A stretch of 64,000 nucleotides of DNA from Phyllobates terribilis (lineage: Eukaryota), in NCBI RefSeq assembly GCF_046119375.1, contig NW_027362772.1:281666001-281730000 (forward strand). Direction: 5' to 3'. Position numbers and translations under genes: made by a program. A model generated the notes under the pieces. The model was not told the origin of the DNA. It was given only the letters and a program-made list of their open reading frames with translations, and did not search any database. Below are positions 49,445 through 61,329 of this stretch, piece after piece (position 1 is the stretch's first letter; each line of letters starts with the position of its first letter).

Positions 49445-50705
49445 GTGAGTGTCCGGCGGAGGGAGCGGGGACTTCCACCCAAGGGGTGGGGGGGGACTAT
49501 TTTTTTTTTTTTTTTTTTCGTTTTTTTTTTTGGAGGGGTGAATAAGAGGAGCGAACACCCCCACAAATAAAAAAAGAAATAAAAGAAAATCTGCCTTTTT
49601 TTTTTTTTCTCGTTTTTGTTTTGCAGCCTTCATTGGCGGCAGACACTGACCTGGTGATGTGATGCGCCCGGTCCGTACGATTACGATACCGAACTTATAG
49701 AAGTTTTTATGTAGTTTAATTTTAGAGAGAAATAAAACTAACAAAAAAAAAAAAAAACTTGAAATTTGCGCTACTGAATGTGTTTATTTTTTCTTTAAAC
49801 TTCTGTTTTTATTATATGTTTTGATACCTAATTTTTAATTATGTTTGTATAATTTAATGTTTTAATATATGCATACATAACTATTTTAATATATTGTAGA
49901 TTTGATACACAATTATTTAATATTTTAATGTATATATCTATTTACACTTAATATTATATATTACATTATTTAGTTGTATATAGTGTTCATTCATATTTAA
50001 TGTAAATTTGATACATTATTAATATTTAATGTATATTTGCACTATTTAAAACTTGAATATTTACACAATTATTTAATATTAATATAGATTTGTATACACA
50101 ATTATTTAATAATTTTTTACTTATTTAATATTGTAATGTGTATATATTACGTAATTGTCATATTTTTATATACTATTTAATATATTGATACATATTTTAA
50201 TTAATTTAACATAAATTTGATACATAATTAATTTTAGATTTTCTAATATAAAAAAAAAAAAACTTTTTTTTTTAGTGTTTTTTTTTTTTTTTTTTTTTCT
50301 GTATTCTCTTGAAGACTTGCACCTGTGATCGCTTTCTCTATATACTGCAGGACACCAATATCTCATTATATGGCGAAACTAACGTTCTATCAAATGGCTG
50401 ATTTTTTTTTATAGGAGGGGTCACATTGGAGAGCGTCAGGGGTCTTCCAGGCCCCCGCCTGCCAAGGTGTTGCCCCTACGCGTGCACCCTGACACTGACA
50501 TGTATGTACATGAAGGGGTTAAACCAGTGCATATATTGGTAAATCTTTTCCTCTCTGGATCTGGAGCGGCCGTCACGGACATCGGGGCGTTTTTCATTAA
50601 GACCAATTTCCTTTCGGGGAGATTCTCTCGTGTTCACGTTTAACCCTTTGATCCCGTTTGTGTCTCACCGCGGATAATAACGCCTGAGGACGTGTCTTTC
50701 CGCAG

Positions 50706-50867
50706 GGAGTGACCCGACTTCTGCTCACCAAGGTGCCTTTCTTCAAGGAGATCATCGTCAGCTCGTTCACCTGCGATTCTTGCAGCTCCAGCAACACAGA
50801 GATCCAGAGCGCGGGCCGGATCCAGGACCAGGGGGTCCGGTACTCGCTGAGTGTCAGAAACAAGAGG
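50706..50867 (+). CDS. zpr1: ZPR1 exon 2
   Basis: [40 protein letters not shown]; AG/GT bounds, 162 nt. Confidence 0.95.
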
Positions 50868-50940
50868 GTGAGGAACCGAAGGAAAGCACGTTCATGTGTA
50901 GATGGTGGAAATGATTGATCCGATTCTTCTTTCTATCCAG

Positions 50941-51031
50941 GATGTGAACCGGGAAGTGGTGAAGACAGATCATGCCACCACACGGATCCCGGAGATCGAC
51001 TTTGAGATCCCTGCCTGTACCCAGAAAGGAG
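50941..51031 (+). CDS. zpr1: ZPR1 exon 3
   Basis: [20 protein letters not shown]; 91 nt. Confidence 0.93.
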
Positions 51032-51102
51032 GTGGGTGGGATATATAGATCATATATAATGTCTATGGGACACACCGTGGCTTATGGCTCTTCTCCTTCC
51101 AG

Positions 51103-51173
51103 CTCTGACGACCATTGAAGGGATCCTAGAGAGGACCGTTGTAGGTCTGCAGCAGGAGCAGCCGCTCAGACGG
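51103..51173 (+). CDS. zpr1: ZPR1 exon 4
   Basis: ALTTIEGILERTVVGLQQEQPLRR; 71 nt. Confidence 0.93.
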
Positions 51174-52024
51174 GTAAGGGTCTGCTCCTGTGATCGGACC
51201 ATGGGTGCAAAGTGATGGAAATATGCAGAATTTACTTGTGAGTTAAAGGGGGATGTCCGGTACTTTTATATTGATGGCCTATTCTTAGAATAGATCATCA
51301 ATATCTGATCGTGGGGGTGCGACACCAGATATAGCAGCTGTTCCCGGTGCTGGCCAGAAGTGCTGCACAGCCCGGGTACAGTATGTAACCCCCCAGGGGG
51401 TTTCTGTACAGCGCCAGGTCATGGCCACAAACTGTTCTACAGCTTATCACATCCCGTTGGCACAGGGAACTGCTGATCAGCGGGGGTGATGGGTGTCATA
51501 CCCCCACAAATCACATTGATGACCTATCCTAAAGACCGAGTCAGACGACCGTACATATCAGACCATAGTGCACGGACTGGCCGGCAGCTCTATTGAGCCT
51601 AGCGGGACAGCCGTTTAGAAATACATGAAGCCGTCCAGTCCGTGCACTGTGTTCTGATTTATAAGGCCGTCTGACTCTGCCCTAAGCATGGGACATCCAT
51701 ATAAAAGTCCCGACCTGTTAGTTTTCACTCTTAAGGATAAAGCGTGGTAAGGCCGTGTTCACATGTTCAAGACTTTGTCAGGATTAAAGTTTTCCCAATC
51801 AGCGTCATTTTGCTGATTACTAATGTCCGCACCATGTTGATTTAGCCTAAAATTGGGGATACCCTGCTGATTGCCGGGGGAGGGGTTCGACCCCTCGGAT
51901 TCTCACCGATCCGGGGAATGTGGCATCTTCTATCTAGAATATTTAGGTCCCTCTGGCTTTCTTTGTGCTATAGGGTATGGCCCCTGTGTGGCCCCTCGTT
52001 TATGGTGTCGGCTTTATCTTCTAG

Positions 52025-52111
52025 GAAGTGGATGCACAAGTTGCTGAGAAAATTGATGCGTTCATCACAAAGCTTCAGACCCTGAAAGACGGGGAAACTC
52101 CCTTCACATTC
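52025..52111 (+). CDS. zpr1: ZPR1 exon 5
   Basis: EVDAQVAEKIDAFITKLQTLKDGETPFTF; 87 nt. Confidence 0.9.
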
Positions 52112-52552
52112 GTAAGTGAGAAGGGTTACTGACCCTTTCTCCAGCGCCTTTCGCGTTGGGTTGGATGGGCAGTGCTGACGTTGCTTGGCGTGTATGGTCG
52201 GCATGAGCCGGACAGGTACCAATACCTGCTGACCGTGCCCATGTCCCAGCCTCTTCTGTAAGTGAACAACGCCAATGGAGTGACCCTTTAAATTTCCATT
52301 GGTGCTAATTTGCCTGCCAGCATAGTGGTTGTATGTTCTTGTCTGTATTATGGCAGCAGATCTCATGAGGCCGAACAACCATGAGGCTGCTAGTTCGGAT
52401 CCGCAGTTTTGCTGCTCTGTAAGAGTGACTTGGCTATGTGGGGTGCACGGAGACCCCCAGAGTACAGATTACTTCACCCATAGCTGAGGATGGCGATGAC
52501 TTCATGTGCAGGGGGTGATGTCTATGTTCTTTTTTTTTTTTCTCCTTGCTAG

Positions 52553-52675
52553 ATCATAGATGACCCCTCTGGCAACAGTTTTGTAGAAAATCCATTTGCT
52601 CCCCAGAAAGATGAAGCCCTGGTGGTCACACATTACAGGAGGAGCAGAGAGCAGGATTCCCTGCTAGGAATAGAG
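52553..52675 (+). CDS. zpr1: ZPR1 exon 6
   Basis: [28 protein letters not shown]; 123 nt. Confidence 0.95.
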
Positions 52676-52757
52676 GTGACGTGCGGCTTTACCTTTATGG
52701 CTTTGGCGTTGTGGCTTTTTAGGATTTTACCTAATGATTTATTCTATTGCTCATTAG

Positions 52758-52811
52758 ACCTCGGACGGCCAAAAGATTTCAGAAGAGAAGCCCGAAGACG
52801 TGAAGGACGAG
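52758..52811 (+). CDS. zpr1: ZPR1 exon 7 (linker)
   Basis: [18 protein letters not shown]; 54 nt, phase 0-0, weak donor GTACAA. Confidence 0.8.
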
Positions 52812-52966
52812 GTACAACAGAGTATAGTTACACCATACTGTTCACACTGTCATCTATTGTACTAGTCCAGGAAGTTCCTTTACTTAATGGGGTTGTTCTG
52901 GGCTTTAATATTGCTTGCCTATTGTTAATATGTAATCAATATAATATAGCTGGGGGTCCTGTACAC

Positions 52967-53152
52967 CAGGGTTCCCCAACTCCAGTCCTCAAGGCCCACC
53001 AACAGGTCATGTTTTCAGGATTTCCTTAGTATTGCACAGGTGATGTAACTATTGCCTGTGCTGATGATGGAATTATCACCTGTGCAATACTAAGGAAATC
53101 CTGAAAACATGACCTGTTGGTGGGCCTTGAGGACTGAAGTTGGGGAACCCTG
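52967..53152. mobile_element. Palindromic hAT MITE (186 bp) in zpr1 intron 7
   Basis: CAGGGTTCCCCAAC termini; perfect 8-bp TSD CTGTACAC. Confidence 0.9.
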
Positions 53153-53564
53153 CTGTACACAACACCTCGCCAGCTTTGTGCAGTGCAAGCTGCACTTGAT
53201 TTGCACAATGTGCTGCTACGGAGCTGTGCTGCTACGGAACATGATGTAGTGGCTGTCTTTGGATACCGCAGCTATGCTCCTATTGAGGTGAATGGGATCT
53301 GAGCTGCAATATCTGAGAATGGAGATGTGCTACTCTGGTTACATACACTGCAGATCCAGCTGCTGCGGGAGCTGATAATGGCTGATCGGTGGAGGTGCCG
53401 GGAGTTGGACCCCTCACGATCTGATATGATGAAATATCCTAAAAGATTTAAAGGGTTTGGCAGAGGACTAGATGACCTGTCCTTAGGACCTGTATTGGGC
53501 TGCATACTGTGTGTTGTGTTAATATATACAGTGATATATTTCCTAATCCTTCATCCTCTTACAG

Positions 53565-53631
53565 GTTCTCCAGTTCCAAACGAATTGTCCCGAGTGCAAT
53601 GTACCTGCAGCCACCAATATGAAATTAGTGC
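53565..53631 (+). CDS. zpr1: ZPR1 exon 8
   Basis: [22 protein letters not shown]; 67 nt; donor GTATCCTT. Confidence 0.93.
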
Positions 53632-53873
53632 GTATCCTTTACTTCTCCCCTATAACGGGTACATTAGGCCATGTGTTCCTCCGTCACCTATTGAAGGTGT
53701 ATGAGACAATGGGACAGACATGGAACTTTTCAGCTTTGCTGTGCAGACTGAATCAGCAGAGTCATCTCGTCACTGGAGCACTTGGGGTTACGACAAGCGA
53801 CGACTGTGTGCAATGAGAATCTCTAGCGAATACTTGGGTCTACGTGTAGATCACTTCCTTAATAGATTCTCAG
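53632..53873 (+). other. zpr1: U12-type (minor spliceosome) GT-AG intron 8 of zpr1
   Basis: 5' splice site GTATCCTTT; branch site TTCCTTAAT at 53855-53863, 8 nt before the terminal AG; no polypyrimidine tract. Confidence 0.85.
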
Positions 53874-53944
53874 AAATTCCTCTCTTCAAAGAAGTTGTCA
53901 TCATGGCCACAAACTGCGATGCCTGCGGCCACAGGACCAACGAG
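53874..53944 (+). CDS. zpr1: ZPR1 exon 9
   Basis: [23 protein letters not shown]; 71 nt. Confidence 0.95.
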
Positions 53945-54274
53945 GTGAGCTGCCCCCCCCCCCCCTTCTAAGAACCATCGATCACCTGCGATCGAGGTGG
54001 GGAGCCATAGGCATCCCTGCGTCTGAATTGCCAGTGTCAGTGCTTGACGTCGGCATCCAAATAATAAAATGGCCGCTATTGGCGCCCTGGTCGCCGCTGA
54101 TAAGGCAGATGCCGAGTGTATGATGCAGCTGGAACTGGACCCGCTCATTACATGCAGACTTTGGGGTCCACATGCACCTAGGGGTTAAGTCTACCTGGAG
54201 TCTAGGAACCAGTATGGCTGTTTTTCTTTTACACAATTTTGACGTCACAATGTACAGTGCCTTTTATTTTCTAG

Positions 54275-54364
54275 GTGAAATCTGGAGGCGCTATTGAACC
54301 TCTCGGCACCAGGATCACACTTCACATAACCGACCCGTTTGATCTTACAAGAGATCTCCTGAAA
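54275..54364 (+). CDS. zpr1: ZPR1 exon 10
   Basis: [30 protein letters not shown]; 90 nt. Confidence 0.95.
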
Positions 54365-54757
54365 GTAAGTAGACGCCAGCGGGAAACTGAACCCAAATCC
54401 CTCGCTACGTCTCCCCGCCAGGACCGGAGGTGCTGCAGCCGATCAGTGCACTCAGCGGTGTGACTACGTGGCCGGTGACTGGCTGCAGCTGTCAAATGAC
54501 TGATGAACGGGATGTCGGCCCACCAAACCTGACGTCCTGTTCATCACTGAAGCCAATCATTAGATGACTTGAGACTCCCTGAGCCGTGGGGGGATTCTAG
54601 CGGCAAGGAATATTTAATTTCTGATGAGCCCCAAGATCCCGATTGATAATCCTGCGGGTAATAAATGGTTCTCACACTTGTTCTGTATATCGGCGGCAGT
54701 CGTACTGATCACTTTTCTACCGTCACACAGATGAGGATAACTGTTTTCTTCCCACAG

Positions 54758-54868
54758 TCGGATACCTGCAGCGTTAATATTCCAGAGCTTGAGTTCGAAC
54801 TGGGCATGGGCGCTCTAGGAGGGAAGTTCACCACCCTGGAGGGGATCCTGAGAGACATCCGAGACCTG
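54758..54868 (+). CDS. zpr1: ZPR1 exon 11
   Basis: [29 protein letters not shown]; 111 nt. Confidence 0.95.
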
Positions 54869-55741
54869 GTAATCCACTCTAATGGTGCACATGTTCAAGG
54901 GGTTGTCCAGGACTAGTCAGCATCAAATCATAGGGGGTCTGACGCCCGATCCCCCACCAGTCAGATGAATGCAGGTCGCATGGTTGCCAGATCTGCACTG
55001 TTTACTTCTGGCCATTCTGATTGCTGGGGAGCTGGGTGTTGGACCCCCATTATCTGATATTGATTACCTCAGACGTCAGAATGCGTCCCCCCTAAAGGGA
55101 ACTGTCCAAGACTGAGATCAGAGAGCAATGCATGGACTGGCTGAGGGTCTCCTAACCTGTGTATGACAGCTTCATATGTAACTGTCATGATTGGATAGTG
55201 AGACCCTCAGCCAGTCTGATCTCGGCCCAATTTGCACGGATGTCTGACTGCGCCCTTAATGCGTCATTTTTAGTTACACCCCCCCCCCCCCCCACTGTTC
55301 CTGAGAAATGCCCCTCTAGAATAGAGCGCTGGAAGCACACACACTTCCGCTCCTTTCATTTTCGATAGGACTTTGATAGAGAGCCGAGTGCCATAGTCTC
55401 CTCTCCATAGACAATAAATGAAGCCACAGGACACGGGTCCCACCACCGTTAAATTCTGCGGGGCATTTCACAAAGCCCTTTTCTCGGGATCGGGGTTCTT
55501 GCAAGTAGTTGGACCCACAGCAATCAATAACTTATTGTGGATGGGTGATAACTTGCTGAGATGGGAGTCCCCCTTTAAAGCAAGATTCTCGCTATTTCTG
55601 ATTGAGATGTTAAATACTGATGTACCCAGACTGGTGATGGAGCGAACATCAGGATCCACGGCTTCTTGTCGCTTATACTATATGGATCTCACGGCTGTGT
55701 ATCTAACTCTACAGAGATGTGATCCGTCTGTCTTTTTACAG

Positions 55742-55831
55742 GTGGTTGATAAAAATCCCTTTACACTCGGTGACAGCACGACGTCAGACAGGAAGGCGAA
55801 ACTGCAAGAATTCGGCAAGAAGATCGATCAG
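55742..55831 (+). CDS. zpr1: ZPR1 exon 12
   Basis: VVDKNPFTLGDS..LQEFGKKIDQ; 90 nt. Confidence 0.92.
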
Positions 55832-56680
55832 GTAACTAAACGCTCTGACGATGCCGGTCTGTATTATGTGTTTGTCTTATCATCTAGGGCTCTGGTCACC
55901 ATGTAAGGGCTCATTCATCTGGCCACTATACTGTCATGTGAACAAGCCATACAGGCTTCCTGCATAGCGTAGTGTGCTATACACTATTTAGTTCAGACAT
56001 ACTATATAGTAAAAAAAAAAAAAATTATAAAATCTGCCGCCTCTGTCCCTCGCCACTCCCGGTCTATGGTGACATGCACGCAGCGGTGGCTTCACTTTTG
56101 GGCTCAGCGTCGCCACTGATTGGTAGTAACTATCATATACTCAAGGCATGACCTCACAGCTGCAGCCGGCGGGAGGGGCCCCATTATTCCACCACCTTTC
56201 CCCCATCCCCCGGAGCTGGGCGGGAGGGGACCCCCATCCCCCCCTCATCCCCCGGAGCCGGCAAAATATTTCTTAGAGCATGGTTAAGGACTAAAAAAAA
56301 GTAAAAATTGAGTGGCTAGCCCCATTAAAAGGATATCTGGGCATCTAATATCATGATGAAATGTTTTTTTCCATGCAGCTAGGAGCTGATCTGCAGCACT
56401 CGGCAGCGGCTGCTACACTGAGCTGTTTCTGCTCCGTTCAGTGTTTCCGCTGGAGCTGATGGCAGCAGATCGATGGCAGTGACCCCCCCCCCTCTTCTTA
56501 TCTGTAGGATAGATGGTCGATCTTAGATGCCCAGACAACCCCTTTAAGTTTAAAACTGAATCCTGACTGGCCTTTCGTGAGTCAGTGGGTAAAACGCAGC
56601 ACAATGGCTGTAAGTATAAGCTGTGACGTCGGCTCTGTTACCAGTGATCCTCCTCATTCTTCTGCCTTTTTTCCCTGCAG

Positions 56681-56746
56681 ATCTTGGAGGGACAGATGAA
56701 AGCTCACTTAGTTCTGGACGATCCTTGCGGGAACAGTTATCTTCAG
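56681..56746 (+). CDS. zpr1: ZPR1 exon 13
   Basis: [22 protein letters not shown]; 66 nt. Confidence 0.93.
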
Positions 56747-56824
56747 GTATCTTCCATAACGTCTGCTCAGGATCACGGCTGCCCCCGTACACTCGCATTA
56801 ACATCCTCTTGTCTTTCCTTGCAG

Positions 56825-56959
56825 AACGTTTACGCTCCAGAAGAGGATCCTGAAATGAAGGTGGAGAAGTACGAGCGCTCATACGAGCAGAACGAAGACC
56901 TCGGACTCAATGACATGAAGACGGAGGGGTACGAGGCGCAGACAGCGGGGAGTTGTTAA
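56825..56959 (+). CDS. zpr1: ZPR1 exon 14 (to stop); total CDS 1353 nt, 450 aa
   Basis: [40 protein letters not shown]. Confidence 0.95.
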   Translation, partial: NVYAPEEDPEMKVEKYERSYEQNEDLGLNDMKTEGYEAQTAGSC

Positions 56960-57919
56960 CGTCGCAAAGGATCATCGTTACTGAAATGATCCAAGAATCA
57001 TCCAACAACGACCTCGCCTCGTGCCGGCCGTGATCAGGATCTATACTGGCGCAGAGACCCCATTGCCTCCCCTTGTACAATATTGTGGGGAGCACCATTT
57101 ATTTTTTTTCTCTCCCTTTTTCCATGATTTTTTTTTTTCTTTTTAACACTAGAGGGAGTTTCGGACTTGGAGATATAATTCCCACAGCGCTTGGGAGGGT
57201 TCTGTTGGCAGAACACCGGTAGTTAAGTTATAGGAAAAAAACTTTTTTTTACTTTTGAGAAAGAAATTGTTTGTGACCCTCAGACTGCTCTGTGTAAGTG
57301 ATCAGCACCATCAGGCTCAGCATAAGGTGGAAGGCTTAAAGGTGTGTTGACAGGACAGGCTATAGGGGGAGTGGATGCGGGTCCCACCAGTGGGCCCTGT
57401 CACCTCACCTGCTGTTTAATTCCCACCCATGTAGGACCACCTGTTCTCTAACAGCAACTGATGTCATCGGTGGGACCCTGCTCTATGGTGCAGAATATGC
57501 CACAAATGTATGAGCTGGGAATACCTCAGACTCAAACAATGCGTTTATCTGCACTAGAGGACCGCCGTCCTTAAAGGGACATTGGTGGAAAATCACTAGT
57601 AAATGTCGGATCATTAAGACTCGGATGGCGGTGACGGTAGTAGCCCTGGGAGAGCATTTGGTTCCTGACATTGGTGGTCTGTCCTAGGTCACCATGTCTG
57701 AGACATTTCTGTGTGTGAAGGACACCATGGTTGCAGGGCTCCACATCGATGAACATTCGCACTTATTTCTATCACGTTGGAGCAGGAGGGCTGAATTCCG
57801 ACCACACATTGGGGAGGAGGCACTTTTCCTTCTACCAACTGGTTAAGTGCAGATGAGATGGCATAGCCTTATCTCCTTGCCCACTCAGCTATAATAGGAG
57901 CCATGTGAGGAGCTTAGGG

Positions 57920-58021
57920 CAGGAGTGTGCAACCTCCGGCATTCCAACTCCTGAGAAACTACAGCTTTCCGGGCATGTTGGGAGTTGTAGTTTCCCAACA
58001 AGTGGAGGTTGCTCTTCCCTG
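57920..58021. mobile_element. Small degenerate hAT-type MITE containing an ACTACA..TCCCA motif
   Basis: caggagtgtgcaacctcc / ggaggttgctcttccctg imperfect TIRs; no TSD. Confidence 0.45.
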
Positions 58022-59676
58022 CAGTTGGGGATAAGAGTAATCGGGTGATAAGCATCTGAATACCGGATAGCTTGGTTGTGGGTGATCCTAAGATCTGATA
58101 GATCCTAAGATCTGGCAGATTTGATGCAGCAGTGGTCGAGCGCCGTGCTCTGCAATACTCACCAGTGTAATAGTCTTCAGTGGTCAGGGTTTATGTTTAA
58201 AGGGTCATTCATTGCAGGTCATCGCCTATCTCCAGGATCGATGATAATTTGCAGATCGGTGGGGGTCTGATACTTGGACCTCCAGCAATCCTGAGAATTA
58301 GTGTTAAGCACTCAGTTTCCAGCAGCCCCATACAATGAATAGACTACTGGGCATCTCCAAGCGCTGTTCTCAGGATTGGTGGGGGGGTCCCAGTAGTCGG
58401 CCTCCTATCAATCACTTGCAAATAATCCATTCACATCAGCCCTTCGGCAGGGGGGCCGGGGTCCTGTCCTAGTGACCACCCTACTAATCTAACCAATCAC
58501 AAATATCAGTATCCTACATTATCGCGGGTCCATGGTCTAAATCTACTCATTACTCTCCAAAATATGGAAGAAGCGGCATCCAGAAGAAAATTAGACGCCA
58601 TGAAATAATCAGTGCTGCTTGTAGGGCCCGGGTCCTGTCCCTGTGCAGCGCATGTGTTCTGTTACTGGCAGAGGATGCAGAGGGCTGGGGGGGAATATAT
58701 TGTTAATTTTTTTTTTTATTTTTTTTTTAGCAGCGGGGATAATGTAATATATATAATTTTTCTGTTGAAATAAAGGAGACTTTTGTTTTTTACAGATGAC
58801 CTTTCTTTGCATTTTCTCTCTCGATAAAATTGAACATCAGACTTACGATTGGTTCAATGTTTAAAGGATGACTAAATGTCATGGCCCCTGTTGAGAAGTG
58901 TAGGTGTGCGGGGTCCGGCTCCAATCACTGGAGGCAGTCTGTCTATATGTGCACCGCTCTGATCACGATCCAGGATAAGCAGACAGCTTCTGCTCCTTTT
59001 GTGGGAGCAATTGAAGGGGTCCCAAGACCCCAGAGCTTTAATTACCAGCAGGGAATGGGGGCCGTAATGTATAAATTGGACTATGATTAGGTTTTTCTTG
59101 CAAAAACATCGATACCGATGGAGGGGTCCCTGGGCAGTGCACTATACCCCAGGAGCAAAGATTGCCTCTGCCCCCCTCCCCTGCCAGCTGCGGAGCTGCA
59201 CGCTCAGGCCGGAGGTGCGACTATGCTGCCGGCCTGTACCGTCAGTCGAGCTGCAGCGCCCCCTTCCTGCATGGCTCCACGTGCTGCTCTACACACATTC
59301 ACCTTTCATCTCACCCCCTTTAAAAAAAAAAAAAAAAGTGATCCCCCAAATGCTTGCTGTCATGTAAAATAACAAAATCTGATGGTAAACTCCCCTTCCC
59401 CAGGTCTGGCTCTGTCGCTCCTCCTGTTTCAGTGTCAACATCACGTCCGCAGCTCACATCGCCACTGCAGCCGATCGTTGCGCTCAGCAGCTTCTAAGCT
59501 CAGTGATTGGCTGCAGCGGTGATGTGTGCCTGTGCTGTATCACAAGCTGGCACTAGAAACCACTTTTCTTCCATGCTTTACACTACAGCGTGCGCTCCAA
59601 TAATGTCAGTATAATTAATCATGTACTTCCAGTAATGCTGGATATAAAAAAAAAAAAAAAAAACACATGGTACGAA

Positions 59677-59961
59677 ACTACAACTCCCAGCATGCTGGAC
59701 TCCAGACAGTACACGCTAAGAGATGTAGCAGGGACCAGTAATGAGCAGAATTCCAGGATCCCCTTTTCCTCCTGCTGTTATAAACCATAAGTCCCAGCGT
59801 GCCATTTTGTAGCAGGTGGACTGTACCACTACTAAACTCCCCCCACGTCCCCCAAGCTTCCAATGGATCAGACTGCGGGACGCAGCGCACGCCGTAAGGT
59901 CGCCGGAAGTTATTTGCTGATCCGGAAGTGTTTGTCAACTCTAACTTCCGCCACCGGAAAC
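59677..59961 (+). promoter_or_regulatory. bud13 promoter: ZNF143/SBS motif ACTACAACTCCCAGCATGC (59677-59695), YY1-like gccattttg (~59801), tandem ETS CCGGAAGT (~59904 and ~59923)
   Basis: Motif matches in a CpG-rich, TATA-less region before the ATG. Confidence 0.6.
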
Positions 59962-60098
59962 ATGGCTGCGCCCGCAGGTAGAGTGCAGGCCATCTCTAAA
60001 GCCGAATACTTGAAGCGCTATCTGGATCCAGGGAGCTTAGATGATGGAGCTGCCAGGAAGAAGAGGAAGAAAAAGAAGGCGAGGCCGGAGGGGAAGGG
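59962..60098 (+). CDS. bud13: BUD13 exon 1 (remaining exons lie beyond the window)
   Basis: MAAPAGRVQAISKAEYLKRYL..RKKRKKKK..GKG matches the human N-terminus; phase-2 donor GTAAGA; synteny downstream of zpr1. Confidence 0.92.
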
Positions 60099-60689
60099 GT
60101 AAGACGGGAACGGATCCCGCGCATCAGTGTGTACAGGATGGAGCCGTCTGTGTGGTACTACAACTCCCAGCACAGCCGGTCCTCGCCTCCTGCGAGCTGG
60201 ACGTGCCGTATATTACTAAAGCCACAGCCCCCCTATCCGTATTCGGTCAGTATTTTTTCTCAGGAGGGGGTGATAAATACAGAATTGGGGACTAGCTTCT
60301 ATTCTACCTTTTCTCTGATTGTTCCTCATCTGGTTTTGGCTCCCACTCCTGAGAAAAATACTGACCGAATACTGACCAAATACTGATAGTGGGGCCGTGC
60401 ACTGTGCACCTCAGGTGTGGTGAGGTTGCCCCAGAGCTCACCAGCCAGGACTGTTCTACAGTGCGCTGACACCCACCTCAGCAAATAACATCTTGTGTGG
60501 GGGCCGCACCGGACATCTCCCGCGTGTAAGAGCTGTGGCACCCAATGTGGACCTGTAACACAATTGCTGCCCTATAGCCTGAGTGCTATGTCCTCAGCGT
60601 CCCTCCTCCCTGCTGCTGCAGAATCTCCAACGACCTACTCTGATTGACAGCTGCTCTGCATCCATCCTTTCTGCTGCTAAATGTTTGCT

Positions 60690-61190
60690 CATCTCGCCGC
60701 GCCCCCTCCCTCTTTGCTCATCTCGCCGCGCCCCCTCCCTCTTTTCTCATCTCGCCGCGCCCCCTCCCTCTTTGCTCATCTCGCCGCGCCCCCTCCCTCT
60801 TTGCTCATCTCGCCGCGCCCCCTCCCTCTTTGCTCATCTCGCCGCGCCCCCTCCCTCTTTGCTCATCTCGCCGCGCCCCCTCCCTCTTTTCTCATCTCGC
60901 CGCGCCCCCTCCCTCTTTGCTCATCTCGCCGCGCCCCCTCCCTCTTTGCTCATCTTGCCGCGCCCCCTCCCTCTTTGCTCATCTCGCCGCGCCCCCTCCC
61001 TCTTTGCTCATCTCGCCTCGCCCCCTCCCTCTTTGCTCATCTCGCCGCGACCCCTCCCTCTTTGCTCATCTCGCCGCGCCCCCTCCCTCTTTGCTCATCT
61101 CGCCGCGCCCCCTCCCTCTTTGCTCATCTCGCCGCGCCCCCTCCCTCTTTGCTCATCTCGCCGCGCCCCCTCCCTCTTTGCTCATCTCAC
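60690..61190. repeat. 29-bp CpG-rich tandem repeat (tctcgccgcgccccctccctctttgctca), ~17 copies
   Basis: Unit visible; 29-aa peptide periodicity. Confidence 0.92.
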
Positions 61191-61329
61191 CTCCTATCCT
61201 GATTGCTAGCTCAAGGTCCTTCCTCCATGCTGCTGTTATCTTATGTTCCTCATTACAAGCTGCAGCTGTCAGGCTGGGTGGATGCAGGCTGAATACACTT
61301 GAGCTCATGAGCTCTTTCACTGTCTAGAT

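Noticed and set aside
49790-50300. Extremely AT-rich tract in zpr1 intron 1
   Set aside because: Low-complexity interior of a TTAA-type repeat remnant (ends gaaggggttaa ~50522); no further structure seen
56747-56824. zpr1 intron 13 donor GTATCT resembling U12
   Set aside because: Not GTATCCT, no TCCTTAAC branch site, and it has a normal polypyrimidine tract, so U2-type
60583-61327. Pro/Leu/Ala-rich ORFs of 173-227 aa
   Set aside because: Translation of the 29-bp VNTR
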